A DNA stretch of 63,799 bases, the filler included, from Candidatus Fermentibacterota bacterium (GTDB taxonomy: Bacteria; JAFGKV01), in NCBI GenBank assembly GCA_016928395.1. It is 5 parts of 5 records of this genome, joined end to end, with 100 filler letters (N's around TTAATTAATTAA, not from the genome) between each part and the next. Parts side by side here need not be neighbours in the genome. Positions count along the whole stretch, not along the records: positions 1 to 28,537 come from JAFGKV010000154.1; positions 28,638 to 49,910 come from JAFGKV010000158.1; 3 more parts are not named here. One strand, given 5' to 3'. The notes under the pieces were generated by a model. It was not told where the DNA came from. It saw only the letters and a program-made list of their open reading frames with translations, and made no database searches. The position numbers were made by a program, and so were the translations under genes. Positions 18,647 to 28,966 of the stretch are shown piece by piece. Numbering within the stretch: the stretch's first letter is position 1; each line of letters starts with the position of its first letter.

Positions 18647-19717
18647 TTACGAGTGAATCAAGGCCGGAACGTACCGTCGCCATCGGCGAAGGCGCTCGCC
18701 AGGAGTCGGGCTGAACGTGCAGTTCATGATGCTGCAGCCCCTGGTGCAGGCCCGCACCAGCGCGCGCCCTCTGGCGGCTTCATCCCCGAACCACTGGCGG
18801 CGGATAGGGCCGTCATTCACATGGCCGAACGGCGGGAGATAGGGACAGAAGCGGAGATCGCCGGAAGGGCTGATTCCCAAAGATGCAACGCCAACGGTGC
18901 AGGGGACGATTTGCCGTTCCGGGTCCTCATAGTAGCGAGGCAAGAGGGCCAGCTGCCGCCAAGGATTCAGCACAGGCCAACCGCTGCGAGAACCCGCGCG
19001 AAGCTGCTCCACCACGGCTCTGACCCGGGCCGGTTCCACCCCCAAGCCTAGCGCGCGATACCATGATGAATCGCGGGCCGACCCAAACGGCTCTCCTAAG
19101 GGCTGCACCGTGAACCCACCGATTCCCTGGGCGGCGGTCCATTGGGCCAGGGGGGCTATCTGATCCACGTTCAGACTGGTCAGCACCGCGGCAATCCGAA
19201 GCCGGCGGCCCATGCCGGCCGCGCACAGATCCTTGGCCAGATCCATGACGCGCCGGTGGGCGCCGGGGGCACGGTGCAAGGCATCATGGGGGCCGGAATC
19301 CAGAGAGTCGAGAGAGAGCGTAAGCGATACCAGGGGCCACGCGACGACGTCGGCCGGGTCAATATCCGGCGCACCATTGGTCACTACCGAAGGAAGAAGC
19401 CCACAGTCGGCGGCGATCTGTACGATGTCGCCCAGGTCGGAGCGGAGGAATGGCTCTCCTCCGGCCAGCCCGACGTGCGTTGGCCCCATCCACACCGCCA
19501 GTTCATCGAACACCTCTCGCCACTTTTCCGGGCCGAACTCATCATGCTGTTCGCGCCAGACCTGGCAATGCATGCAGCGATACGTGCAACGACTGGTGAG
19601 GCCTATGGCCACCGACAGGGGAGGCCCAAAAGGGGTCAGTCTCGTGCGGCACGCCCACGCCAGCATGCTGTGCCACAGGTGAGTCACCCCCGCCGCGGCC
19701 ATGGTGCGGCGGTTCAC
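18647..19717 (-). CDS. Radical SAM protein with SPASM/Twitch-like C-terminus
   Basis: CTYRCMHC, GGEPFL and TNG; C-terminal CTVG...GDLRFCP...CTRGCSIMNC. Confidence 0.88.
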   Translation of the reverse strand: MNRRTMAAAGVTHLWHSMLAWACRTRLTPFGPPLSVAIGLTSRCTYRCMHCQVWREQHDEFGPEKWREVFDELAVWMGPTHVGLAGGEPFLRSDLGDIVQIAADCGLLPSVVTNGAPDIDPADVVAWPLVSLTLSLDSLDSGPHDALHRAPGAHRRVMDLAKDLCAAGMGRRLRIAAVLTSLNVDQIAPLAQWTAAQGIGGFTVQPLGEPFGSARDSSWYRALGLGVEPARVRAVVEQLRAGSRSGWPVLNPWRQLALLPRYYEDPERQIVPCTVGVASLGISPSGDLRFCPYLPPFGHVNDGPIRRQWFGDEAARGRALVRACTRGCSIMNCTFSPTPGERLRRWRRYVPALIHS

Positions 19718-21486
19718 CTGATATACCCGAGAACCCGTAGCTGCTCGATGATGGCGGCGTCGCCCGACTCTCCGCTCTCCGCAGTCCGCCTGCCGACACG
19801 GGGTCCATAGCTTGGAACGGTGGGGATCTGCTGGCGAGCAAATCGCGGTGAGAATGCGTCACTCAACACTTTTCCCTCCAGGTCATCGGCCACAGGAAGC
19901 CCCAGGACGGCCAAAACAGTGGGCGCGATGTCATGAAGGCGGGCGCCGACAAGCCGAGCGCCTCGCTTGAACGGGGCGCCATGAAGAATCACGATGCCCG
20001 GCGGCCCCTCGGTGTGCTGCCCTGAGGCTCCGGGCTGCCATCGGTTCCATCGGGTGAGCCCGAAGCATTGAGGGCCGAGTTGAAGGGAATCCGACAGCGG
20101 TGCATGCAGGTTGATGGTCGCGGCCACATCCGCCTGGGCGAAGACATAGACCACGAACTCCCCGGCCTTGTAGCTCTTGTCGTGGGCGGTGAGCATCCGC
20201 ACATCCTTGAAGATCGGCTCGCCCGAGGGCATGGCCTGGAGAGCGGCCAGATCGGCGGTCAGCTTCGCCGCCGTTGGCTCCAGATCTGCGGCAGCGACTG
20301 TCCCGTCGGGTTCACGACCCACTACGGAGACAGTGAGCAGGCGCATCTGGCGAGACTCGGCATGAACATAGGCGCGGGATCGGGCAAGATCGGGGCTGCC
20401 GTCAGGCTTTAGGGTGAGCCACCCCATGTCTTGCAGCAGACCCTCAACATCGAAGAGATCGTTGATACACCGTTCGGCCGTGCTGCTCTCCATTCCGTGG
20501 TCTGATAGGATCACCACGGGCGCAGACCTGTGCCTGCAGAGCCGGCCAACTACGCCGTCCAGAAACCGATAGTACTCCGGCACCAGCGGCGCAAAGATGC
20601 GCTGCTCTTCGGGATCCAGCGTGAAATCCTGGGGCCGCCAGTACTTCCACAGCAGGTGTTGACATACATCCAAATACCAGAAGTACGGTGCCACGACCCG
20701 CAGGGACCGATCACGATCCATGAGATAGTGCGTGATGCGCTCTGTCGCATAGTCCATTGCCATGATGCGGCGATACGCGCTAATGCGCTCACCCAGATCA
20801 TCCAGATACCGTGCCACATCTGGCACTGAGCCGCGCCACGGCACCGAGCCTTCCTCGACGCCACGCCGCCACGCAGCGAACTGGGCGCGAACCTCCCTGA
20901 TAAGCCGTTCCTGCTCCGGGGGCAACGCACCGTCAAACACGCCGGCCTGGGCCAGGTCCTCTCGAAGACCCGGGGGAAAGGCGGTGTGCTCGACTGCCGC
21001 GTCATGCACGCGGTCTGTCACCATGTACCCGTCAATGGTCTCCGCCGGCCAGGTGGCCCACCATCCCACGAATGCAGATCGCACGCCGTGATCCGTGCAG
21101 ACGTTCCACAGCGCCGGAACCAGACGTTCGTTGGAGGATAGGGCCGACAGCATCTCATGCTCTCCCCGTTCATCCAATTTGAGAACCCGGAAGGAGATTC
21201 CGTGCTTGTCAGGAGACTGCCCGGTAGCGATGGTGGTCCAGAGGGCTGGCGAGGCCGTGGGCACATAGGTCGCGAGCTCCCCGGCCGTACCGGTTCTGAC
21301 GAACTCGGCAAGGTTCGGCAGTTGGCCTTGGGCCATCAACTCATCCATTGAATCCCAGTTGGCGGCATCCAAACCGATGATCAGGAGCGGGCCTCGTTCG
21401 CCCCCACAGCGGGCGCACAAGACGAGCGCAGCCAGCATGGCAGCGCGCAACAAGCCACACCGAAACGGTTTCAGTGGATGGGCCAT
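19714..21486 (-). CDS. Alkaline-phosphatase-superfamily phosphodiesterase/phosphotransferase, exported (lipoprotein-like)
   Basis: IIGLDAA, SPALWTTIATG, WWATWP, D..QH, SDHG and DIAPT; C-terminal LRVLGYI; RBS GAGGAGG. Confidence 0.85.
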   Translation of the reverse strand: MAHPLKPFRCGLLRAAMLAALVLCARCGGERGPLLIIGLDAANWDSMDELMAQGQLPNLAEFVRTGTAGELATYVPTASPALWTTIATGQSPDKHGISFRVLKLDERGEHEMLSALSSNERLVPALWNVCTDHGVRSAFVGWWATWPAETIDGYMVTDRVHDAAVEHTAFPPGLREDLAQAGVFDGALPPEQERLIREVRAQFAAWRRGVEEGSVPWRGSVPDVARYLDDLGERISAYRRIMAMDYATERITHYLMDRDRSLRVVAPYFWYLDVCQHLLWKYWRPQDFTLDPEEQRIFAPLVPEYYRFLDGVVGRLCRHRSAPVVILSDHGMESSTAERCINDLFDVEGLLQDMGWLTLKPDGSPDLARSRAYVHAESRQMRLLTVSVVGREPDGTVAAADLEPTAAKLTADLAALQAMPSGEPIFKDVRMLTAHDKSYKAGEFVVYVFAQADVAATINLHAPLSDSLQLGPQCFGLTRWNRWQPGASGQHTEGPPGIVILHGAPFKRGARLVGARLHDIAPTVLAVLGLPVADDLEGKVLSDAFSPRFARQQIPTVPSYGPRVGRRTAESGESGDAAIIEQLRVLGYIR

Positions 21487-21497
21487 CCGCGACCTCC

Positions 21498-22466
21498 TCA
21501 CCCGGTAGAATCCACCCAGAGACGCCGCCCTGCGACCCGCCACAGAGCTCGTCGAATATCATGTACGATGGGATGATACTTCCACCACACTGCATCGCAG
21601 GATGCGCACAGAGGAAGACCCTCGCGGCGATTGGATGCGACACGTTGCCGTACCTCCATAAGCCGGTCACCGTGCCACACATCCGTGAGGCTCTGGCGGA
21701 CGAGATCGCCCACCGGATGCGCCCCGTTCAGGTCGGCGCAGCACAGGAACACTCGCCCATCCCAGCCCACGCTCATGCCCTGCCACAGGGGTTGGCATGG
21801 GTGGTAGCGGCGGCCTCGGAGCACGACTTCCTCACTGCGAAGCTGTCCTCCCCACCCGTGGGGCGCAAGACGGAGTATGCGATCCGGTCCCGGAGAACCA
21901 AGGAGCGCAGCCACGCGGGAGTCCGAGATGACTGCCTCATCAGGAGGCTGGATGATCTGGAGCGTGGTGCGCGGCCCGCGCCCGCCCAAGCGACGGCGCA
22001 TCTCGTGAAAACCGCGAACGTTCTCAACCATCGTATCCAGATCCGCACCGCGCTGGACTTGGCGAATCCGCTCATTGTCCACGCCATTGATGCTGAACGA
22101 CACATCGTCCAGTCCTGCCTCGATGAGGGATCGGGCCCGATCCCCGTCCAGCAGCATCGCATTGGTGTGCAGCACGGTGCGCAATCCCCGTGCTGAAGCA
22201 GCGGCAACCAGGTCTCCAATGCTCGGATGCAGGAGCGGTTCTCCCGCGAGGAAAAACCTGATTTCACCCACCCCGGCATCCGCGGCCTGGGCCAGGATGG
22301 ATTCCGCCAGAGAAAGCTCAAGAAGCCCTCCCGGCCGCGCCGAAGAGGCAACACACCACCTGCACGAGAGATTGCACCGATTGGTGGGCTCCAGGTTCAG
22401 GTAGGCCGGCGCGCCGAGAATACCAGACCGATGGAGATACCACTGGAGACGCCAGGCAACGGCCAC
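21498..22466 (-). CDS. Radical SAM/SPASM(Twitch) domain protein
   Basis: EPTNRCNLSCRWC, GEPLLHP and TNA; CQPLW...DGRVFLCCAD...CASC. Confidence 0.9.
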   Translation of the reverse strand: MAVAWRLQWYLHRSGILGAPAYLNLEPTNRCNLSCRWCVASSARPGGLLELSLAESILAQAADAGVGEIRFFLAGEPLLHPSIGDLVAAASARGLRTVLHTNAMLLDGDRARSLIEAGLDDVSFSINGVDNERIRQVQRGADLDTMVENVRGFHEMRRRLGGRGPRTTLQIIQPPDEAVISDSRVAALLGSPGPDRILRLAPHGWGGQLRSEEVVLRGRRYHPCQPLWQGMSVGWDGRVFLCCADLNGAHPVGDLVRQSLTDVWHGDRLMEVRQRVASNRREGLPLCASCDAVWWKYHPIVHDIRRALWRVAGRRLWVDSTG

Positions 22467-22469
22467 GGT

Positions 22470-24326
22470 TCAGGGCGCGGCGTCGGCGCCTGTCATCAGA
22501 CAGGCCGCTACCACGCGCACAGCCGCAACGTCAAGGGGAGCACCGCCCTGTCCCACCACCCTGCACAGAGTGAGATCGGCGTCACCGACGTGCACCTGGC
22601 TGACCGTGACATCAGCACGCACCTGGAGATCGGATATGCACGACGGGATGCCGTGCCCCTGTTCCATGGCAACGGCCATGAGGGCAGCCACGGGAGTACC
22701 TTCGTCGTTCTGCGTGAATTCGTATGCCACTACGGGGTTGGTCGTTGGCTGCCCGAGATCGGCAATCCCCTCCACAACCTGGCTGGCCAAACGGGTGAGC
22801 GACACCATGTCCTGCTGGCTCATGCCCAGGCGGGAAAACTCGTCCATGGAGTAGAAAACTTGGTCAGCCAAGGCCTTCTGGCGATCGGAAAGGCTGGCTT
22901 CTATGCCTTTCAACCGGGTAGTTTCCATCCGGCGCATACCCTCATCGAAGTCCCGGAACGCGGGGAAGACCTCGCGGATCCTCTCCTTGATAGCCAGGTA
23001 CACCCCCTCGGTGTCCTCAAACTGCCCAAGATCGACAGAGATGTTCATGATGAAGAAACGCTGGTCTCGCACTGTTCGGGCGGGCACTACCGACCCGATG
23101 CTCACGCCTGGAATGCTCTGCAGCAGTTCCGGCAACCTTTGTGCGGGCCTGATTTCGGCCTGGGCCGCAGCATACACCACTATGACCTTGAACCCGGCAG
23201 TGGTCGTTTCCCGGGAAGTAAGGGCAATGTAGACCTGGGTGAGACCACTGGTGCCCTGTTCCTTCATGAGAAAGGGAATGACCGCACGGGCATACTGCTC
23301 GAATCCGCCCCGGGATTCGATGCGCTTTGCCCAGGCTGCTCGCCGCCCGGTAATCAACTCGGTGAGTTTGCGTTCCAACTGGGCATGGTGGAGTTCGGTC
23401 AGGGTCCGCCCCTGCCCTGCGCCAATCTCGAGCCGGATAAAGACCAGTGCGTCTCTGGTGGTGAAGTCAATGAGGTGATACTGCTCGTAGAACCCCAGCG
23501 TCTCGCCTACCACCCGGAGACAATCCTCCACTGATACGTCGCCTCTGAGGCCAACCACCGTGATGCAGGTGCGGGTTTCCCGCATGGCGCTGCGGGGCTC
23601 GACACTGACCACGCCGAGGCCGCCCGAGTGTCGGACCTTCTCCAGGAGCCGATAGTTGGAAACCACCTGATAGGCCAACTCCTGGGGCGGCCACGCCATC
23701 ATGTACTCGTCTGACCGTCCTCCAAAGAACTTCGCGCACTCTCCCATGGGGTCGGTGATCTCCTGGAGCTCATGGTCGTTACACATGCGTTCCAGCTCTT
23801 CGATGACATGTGTCAGGACCTTGAGCTTCTTTGCCTCCCTCGCCAACAGAATTGCCTTTGCCCGCCGGCCTACGCTCAGCTTTCTCAGGTGCGCTACAAT
23901 GTCGTCCAATTCCCCATCCAGCCGCGCGATCTCCTCGTCGCTGGAAAGGCCCAGCGCCATGACGAAGACGCCGATTTCGACCTTCTTGTCTTGAAGCACG
24001 AAGCCATGAGCGAATTGGACATTCCAGCCTCGCTCGTGGACGACACCCAGACACACTTCGCCCATGCCCGGCCAGTCATCGGACATAGCCGCCAGGGCCA
24101 CGACGTGCCGGAACCGTCCCTTGACCAAGGGTCGATAGCGCAGGATCTCCACCGCGACGCCTCGGGGACTCGCCCGCCACGTGGCATATGCCGACCGCAA
24201 GAGTTTGATCTCGCGGCGTGACGGAAAGAAGGCCCGCGGAGCCTCCAGCGTCAGCTCGCTGACACAATCAAGGGGCGAGTCAGGCGGGGAGCCTTGACGT
24301 GTCACAGGCATCTCCTCGCAGGTCAT
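22470..24326 (-). CDS. Hypothetical protein with probable repeated ACT-like modules
   Basis: 618-aa ORF in an operon; DDWPGM...GWNV and FFGGRSDEYMMAWPPQEL segments resemble GlnD/NAD-GDH ACT regions. Confidence 0.55.
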   Translation of the reverse strand: MTCEEMPVTRQGSPPDSPLDCVSELTLEAPRAFFPSRREIKLLRSAYATWRASPRGVAVEILRYRPLVKGRFRHVVALAAMSDDWPGMGEVCLGVVHERGWNVQFAHGFVLQDKKVEIGVFVMALGLSSDEEIARLDGELDDIVAHLRKLSVGRRAKAILLAREAKKLKVLTHVIEELERMCNDHELQEITDPMGECAKFFGGRSDEYMMAWPPQELAYQVVSNYRLLEKVRHSGGLGVVSVEPRSAMRETRTCITVVGLRGDVSVEDCLRVVGETLGFYEQYHLIDFTTRDALVFIRLEIGAGQGRTLTELHHAQLERKLTELITGRRAAWAKRIESRGGFEQYARAVIPFLMKEQGTSGLTQVYIALTSRETTTAGFKVIVVYAAAQAEIRPAQRLPELLQSIPGVSIGSVVPARTVRDQRFFIMNISVDLGQFEDTEGVYLAIKERIREVFPAFRDFDEGMRRMETTRLKGIEASLSDRQKALADQVFYSMDEFSRLGMSQQDMVSLTRLASQVVEGIADLGQPTTNPVVAYEFTQNDEGTPVAALMAVAMEQGHGIPSCISDLQVRADVTVSQVHVGDADLTLCRVVGQGGAPLDVAAVRVVAACLMTGADAAP

Positions 24327-24449
24327 GGTAGGGGCCGTTCAGGAAGGACGTCGCTGGCCGGGATCCGCTCAATGTGGTGCGTCGTTGCCTGGGGACCGAC
24401 GTTCCAGCATATCTTGCTGACATGATGATTCCCGGCCGATTGCATGCGA

Positions 24450-25265
24450 TCACCGTTTCGATGAAAACAGGAACCGATCGAGGTTTTCGTCAAGTATTAC
24501 GGCCAGCGCCTCATCGTCCATCCCATGGACCGCCGCCAAGGCATGGACGATGCGAGGTATCCATGCCGGCCTGGAGGGCTCCCCCCCATACGGCACAGGA
24601 GAATCCGTCTCCACGAGCAGACGATCTAGTCTGACGGTCGCGGCAACCGACAGAATCGAGGGGTTGATGAGAACTGACGGACCGGCTGATACATAGATGC
24701 CGGACGCGGCGCAGGCGTGACCGATCAGCTTCGTCGAATGGGTAAACCAATGGAGTAAGGCGGGCACTCCCCATACCTTGCGAAACTGCGCGGCGATCGT
24801 CAATGTCTCCCGTTGGGCCCGACGGGAGTGAAGACACACGGGCAATCGGTTCCGGCCCGCTACATCAAGCTGCCGCATAAGGACCTCGTGCTGCCGCTGC
24901 CGCTGGGCAGGGGTTGCCGCATGGAGATAGTCGAGGCCGACTTCGCCTACGAAGGCAACTCGGTGAAGATTGGCGCAAAGGAAGGCTAGTCCCGCCTCAA
25001 CAGCCGCATCGCTCTGCTGCACTAGCGCCGCGGGATGCAGGCCAATGCCCGGCACCACAGTCTCAGGAAAGCGGTCTGCCAAGTGGAGAGTTGCCCGCAT
25101 GGATGCCTCGTCCTCGCTGCACGCAAGCATGCGCATGACGCCCACGTCGGTTGCGGCAGCCATCGCGGCATCCAGGTCAGGGAGTTGATCGAGATGGCAA
25201 TGGGCGTCTGCCAGGACGATGCGGTTCGGTGGGGAGGTCACGGGTGTGGCGGGGTCATTCCCCAT
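24450..25265 (-). CDS. tatD: TatD-family hydrolase
   Basis: DAHCHL, GLHP, GEVGLDY, LHSR, HWF and ETDSP. Confidence 0.92.
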   Translation of the reverse strand: MGNDPATPVTSPPNRIVLADAHCHLDQLPDLDAAMAAATDVGVMRMLACSEDEASMRATLHLADRFPETVVPGIGLHPAALVQQSDAAVEAGLAFLCANLHRVAFVGEVGLDYLHAATPAQRQRQHEVLMRQLDVAGRNRLPVCLHSRRAQRETLTIAAQFRKVWGVPALLHWFTHSTKLIGHACAASGIYVSAGPSVLINPSILSVAATVRLDRLLVETDSPVPYGGEPSRPAWIPRIVHALAAVHGMDDEALAVILDENLDRFLFSSKR

Positions 25266-25321
25266 GGCGCCGGCCTCGAATGTGCCGGGGCAGGCGCCAC
25301 GGGAGGAGAAGAACGCCAGTG

Positions 25322-25762
25322 CTATCCGGCAAGACGTTGCCGGCGCGCGGCCGCCAATCGTTCGCCGAGCCGGTTGTCGAGCGCCGTCTTGCGCCGCTGT
25401 GCGGAAAGCTGGCGAGCAACCAGTGGTTGCCGCTTTGAGAATCCCCACTTGGCACGATACTCAAGAGGGGTAAGCCCGTGGGTTGTAAGGTGACGCGAGG
25501 TAAGCTGCTTGAACTTCATCCCGCATTCCAGGCAAAAGACCAGGTTTCGAGTCACAGATTTCTGAGGATTGGCGCGAAGATAGCCAAGGCCCGTCGCCTC
25601 TCCCTCAGTCTCAGTCTTCGCACACTGCTCTCTTTCTTGTACTTCTACCAAAGCAGCATACACCTGATGAATTGAAGCAGCCAGCTCATCGGGAGAGACG
25701 CGCCCCGACCCAGCTTGTGCCGCAACGATCTCTGAGGTCATTTGTACGAGAGTCTTTTCCAT
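25322..25762 (-). CDS. mucR: MucR/Ros-family transcriptional regulator
   Basis: T.EIV.A N-terminus, CLECG..FK.L..HL..HGLT..EYR.KWG zinc finger and PLVA; RBS AGGAGG before ATG 25762. Confidence 0.92.
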   Translation of the reverse strand: MEKTLVQMTSEIVAAQAGSGRVSPDELAASIHQVYAALVEVQEREQCAKTETEGEATGLGYLRANPQKSVTRNLVFCLECGMKFKQLTSRHLTTHGLTPLEYRAKWGFSKRQPLVARQLSAQRRKTALDNRLGERLAAARRQRLAG

Positions 25763-26204
25763 TGGAGAACCTCCTGTTAGCCTTTGTGCGAAGACACGAA
25801 ATCGGTACTGAACAGACAAGGTTACACTATGCACACCCAGCAAGGTGTGCTGCATCGTATAAATGTAAACAGGGAACTCTAATGCAACAATATTGTAGCA
25901 TACTACAAGCATGTCAAGTTCTGTTCTGACTACTCGGGTCTCGGCGACAAGAAGGAGCACAACGGCGCGCAAATTGGCAGCACAATTCGGCATGCAAGAG
26001 AGGAGGATCTTCAGGACTGTCGGAATCTGAATCCTTGAGGCAGACGCAACTCGCACACATCAAGTGGCGGCGGGCGAGAATGAGACGAGGTGGTGCCATG
26101 GTAGGCGTGGAATCGAGACTCCCGTCATGGGCCGACAGCCGAAAGCCCGAGGCTTCGGGCGAGACTCTGACTGTGAACCGGGGATTTCGGCAACGCGAGG
26201 GTCC

Positions 26205-26232
26205 TTGACGCCCAGGGCCGTGGGCCTATACT
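26205..26232 (+). promoter_or_regulatory. Putative sigma70 promoter
   Basis: TTGACG, 16-nt spacer, TATACT, about 60 nt upstream of the lipoprotein start. Confidence 0.55.
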
Positions 26233-26292
26233 CCCTTGTACCGAGGCCTGACGCGTCATGCCTGGAACGCCCGGGCAAGGGAGGAAACGATT

Positions 26293-27621
26293 ATGCGATG
26301 CAAGCGCTTGACGATTCTTTCGGTCGGCGGCGCGTTACTGACGGTGTTCGTTACGGCGTGCACTACCACTCCAGAGAACGATGAGAGGGACCTGGGAATA
26401 CCGGGCGCCGTGGTGAGGACAGACCAGGACGTGACAATCCGGCACCCGGATGGCTGGACGATCCACGCCCCCGTGGGGTCCGTGCCGTCTGACGAGGCTG
26501 GGGAGAGCGGTGAAATGCTCTTCACTATCGAGCTGGGCAACTTGGCGACCTTGGCCATGCCTGCCACCCCGCCTCCAGGGTGGACCATCGTGGGTGACCC
26601 GGCGGACTTGGGCCCCTCGTGGTTCACCCTGGCCATTCCTGTGACCGCCTCCCTACCCATTTCGCCTTCGCTGGATCTCGGCGCCGTTCATGCCTGCGTG
26701 TTTGCCTATGACGGCGCTACGGCCAGCTGGGTGGCGCGAGGCGGCGAGGTGCAACAGGGTCTGGTATCCGTCGATGCAGTACGGCTTGGGCCCCATCTCA
26801 TTATGACCCGGCCGCTCTCGGCCCAAGGGTGGGGAGCCTTGGCCTTCGATGCCATTGCCGGCTACCAGTTCGTCGTGTCCATCGTGGATGTTCGCCTCGG
26901 CTACTTCCCCGAGGATGCGGCCTTCGATCCGGCGTGGTGTCATGCGCGCGTCCGTTCATTGGAGGAACATGGCACACCTGCCGGCGCCCGGTCATACCTA
27001 CCGGTTCCTCAGGGCATCTATCACCTGGCCCTCGGAGTTTACCGCACTATGGATGGCGCCTACATGGGCTACGGAGAAACCACGGTCACGGTGGGGCAGC
27101 CTCACTGCGACTGGACAAATCCTGACCACGCGATCTATGCCAACGCGGTTTCCGTGGGGGATCTCACCCGGTGGACCGATCCATCCCGCCTGCGCCCCGG
27201 CGCACAGCCCGGAGTCCCCTCGCCGACTCCCCCGGTGGGCATCGGTGCCATCAATGTTCGCCTCGAGTGGACAGCCGAGGCCGATCTGGATCTCTGGGTG
27301 ATGGATCCATGCGGTAACCGCCTCTACGATGGGGCTCCCGAGGCAGTCTGTGGCGATGCTGTCGGGCGGCTGGACATGGAGAATCAGTGCGCACGGTTCG
27401 TCGTCGGCAAGCCCGAGAACGCCTTCTGGGCTGCGCCCGCCCGGGGGCTCTACACGGTGTACCTGGACTACTATGCCGACTGCGGCGGCGCGGGGCGTAT
27501 TCCCTACACCCTTCGTTGGATGACCCGCGGTGTGGTCCACGTTCTCCGCGGAACGGTGATGCCGCCGGAGTGGGAGGGCGTGGTCGGGGACGAGGTGAAG
27601 CTGGTGGAGTTCCGCTACTGA
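26293..27621 (+). CDS. Lipoprotein with a ZU5-like N-domain and a YfaP/DUF2135-like C-domain
   Basis: Lipobox VTAC; VRLEW...DLDLWVMDP.G...LD.E...PEN..W...G.Y.V pattern; RBS GGGAGG. Confidence 0.7.
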   Translation: MRCKRLTILSVGGALLTVFVTACTTTPENDERDLGIPGAVVRTDQDVTIRHPDGWTIHAPVGSVPSDEAGESGEMLFTIELGNLATLAMPATPPPGWTIVGDPADLGPSWFTLAIPVTASLPISPSLDLGAVHACVFAYDGATASWVARGGEVQQGLVSVDAVRLGPHLIMTRPLSAQGWGALAFDAIAGYQFVVSIVDVRLGYFPEDAAFDPAWCHARVRSLEEHGTPAGARSYLPVPQGIYHLALGVYRTMDGAYMGYGETTVTVGQPHCDWTNPDHAIYANAVSVGDLTRWTDPSRLRPGAQPGVPSPTPPVGIGAINVRLEWTAEADLDLWVMDPCGNRLYDGAPEAVCGDAVGRLDMENQCARFVVGKPENAFWAAPARGLYTVYLDYYADCGGAGRIPYTLRWMTRGVVHVLRGTVMPPEWEGVVGDEVKLVEFRY

Positions 27622-27682
27622 GATTGGCCATTCTCGATGCAACGATTCCACATTGTGCAGCGCGGTCCCATGGGGCGTGCCC

Positions 27683-28537
27683 ATGATCGCCGACATCACT
27701 GCCAAGAGCATGTTGTCATCGGTTCGCCAGCCGGATCCGTGGTTTGGCCTGCGCTACTCTATGAATCTCTACCGTGGCTGCCAGCACCAGTGCATCTATT
27801 GTGACTCCCGGAGCGCATGCTACGGCATCGAGAACTTTAGCGACATCGTAGTCAAGACCAACGCCATCGAGCTGCTCCGTCGGGAATTGCCTCGCAAGCG
27901 CGTGAAGGGCACCATCGGCACCGGCTCCATGCACGACCCCTACATGCCTCTGGAAGCCGAGCGCCGGCTCACCCGCGGCGCGTTGGAGGTCATCGCCCAG
28001 CACCGGTTTTCAGTTCACGTCATCACCAAGAGTGACTTGGTTCTGCGGGACACTGATGTGCTCGGCTCCATCGGGTCAGTCTACGCTGCCGTCAGTTTCA
28101 GCATCACGACAGCCGACGACTCGCTGGCTGCCAAAATCGAGCCCAACGCGCCGCCTCCGTCGCGCCGCCTCCGCGCCATGCAGACACTCGCGGGCCTGGG
28201 AGTGCTGACCGGCGTGGTTATGATGCCCCTACTGCCCTTCCTGGAGGACACCGAGGCCAATGTCCGGGCTATTGTAACCCGGGCGCATGAGGCCGGCGCG
28301 GCCTACATCGTTCCAGCCTTCGGCATGACGCTGCGGGACCGGCAACGGGACTACTACTACGCGCAGCTCGACCGCCTGTTCCCAGGGCTGAGAAAGCGCT
28401 ATGAACGGCGATTCGGCGAGCGCTACTCTTGTGGCGCCGCCAATGCCCGGCGTCTAAAGGAGTGCCTCAGCAACCGCTGCGCCGACGTGGGCCTGGTCAC
28501 GCGCATGCCGGTCTACTCCCCGCACACAGCAGAGCAG
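27683..28537 (+). CDS. Radical SAM protein, SplB/Rv2578c-like; runs into the gap
   Basis: NLYRGCQHQCIYCD, DPY.P.E, ITKS and EP..PPP..RL. Confidence 0.88.
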
Positions 28538-28637
28538 NNNNNNNNNNNNNNNNNNNNNNNNNNNNNNNNNNNNNNNNNNNNTTAATTAATTAANNNNNNN
28601 NNNNNNNNNNNNNNNNNNNNNNNNNNNNNNNNNNNNN
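28538..28637. other. Artificial contig spacer
   Basis: N-run, TTAATTAATTAA (stops in all six frames), N-run; 100 nt in total. Confidence 0.98.
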
Positions 28638-28822
28638 CGGAGGAATCCTGTGCCCTTGCCGTGGACGATCCTGACCTCGAGGATACCCCGCTCTCGGCAC
28701 AAGGCAAGGTAGTCCTGCACAAGGCTCTTCACTTCGCGGGGCGCGAATGCGTGAAGGTCAAGTTCGTCCGTAATGGGCATTTCATACGCATCGTCCGCAG
28801 AGAGCATTTCATCCTCGGACAT
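28638..28822 (-). CDS. Smr-domain protein (3' truncated)
   Basis: ELDLH and VRIVHGKGTG. Confidence 0.9.
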
Positions 28823-28966
28823 CCCAGTCCTCCTTCCGCATAGGGCAACAAGGTACCGGGATATCCACTTGGTTCCAGTGCGCAGCGCCCCCTTTCTCCA
28901 GGGATGCGACCAGGTATATTGGCAGGCACGTGATAAGGATCATGGAGTCTTGTCCAGGAGCAGCCC

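Noticed and set aside
4101-23534. Long antisense ORFs (e.g. 4101-5033, 13572-14549, 16403-17689, 22227-23534)
   Set aside because: These are shadow ORFs of real genes in high-GC DNA, with no recognisable motifs.
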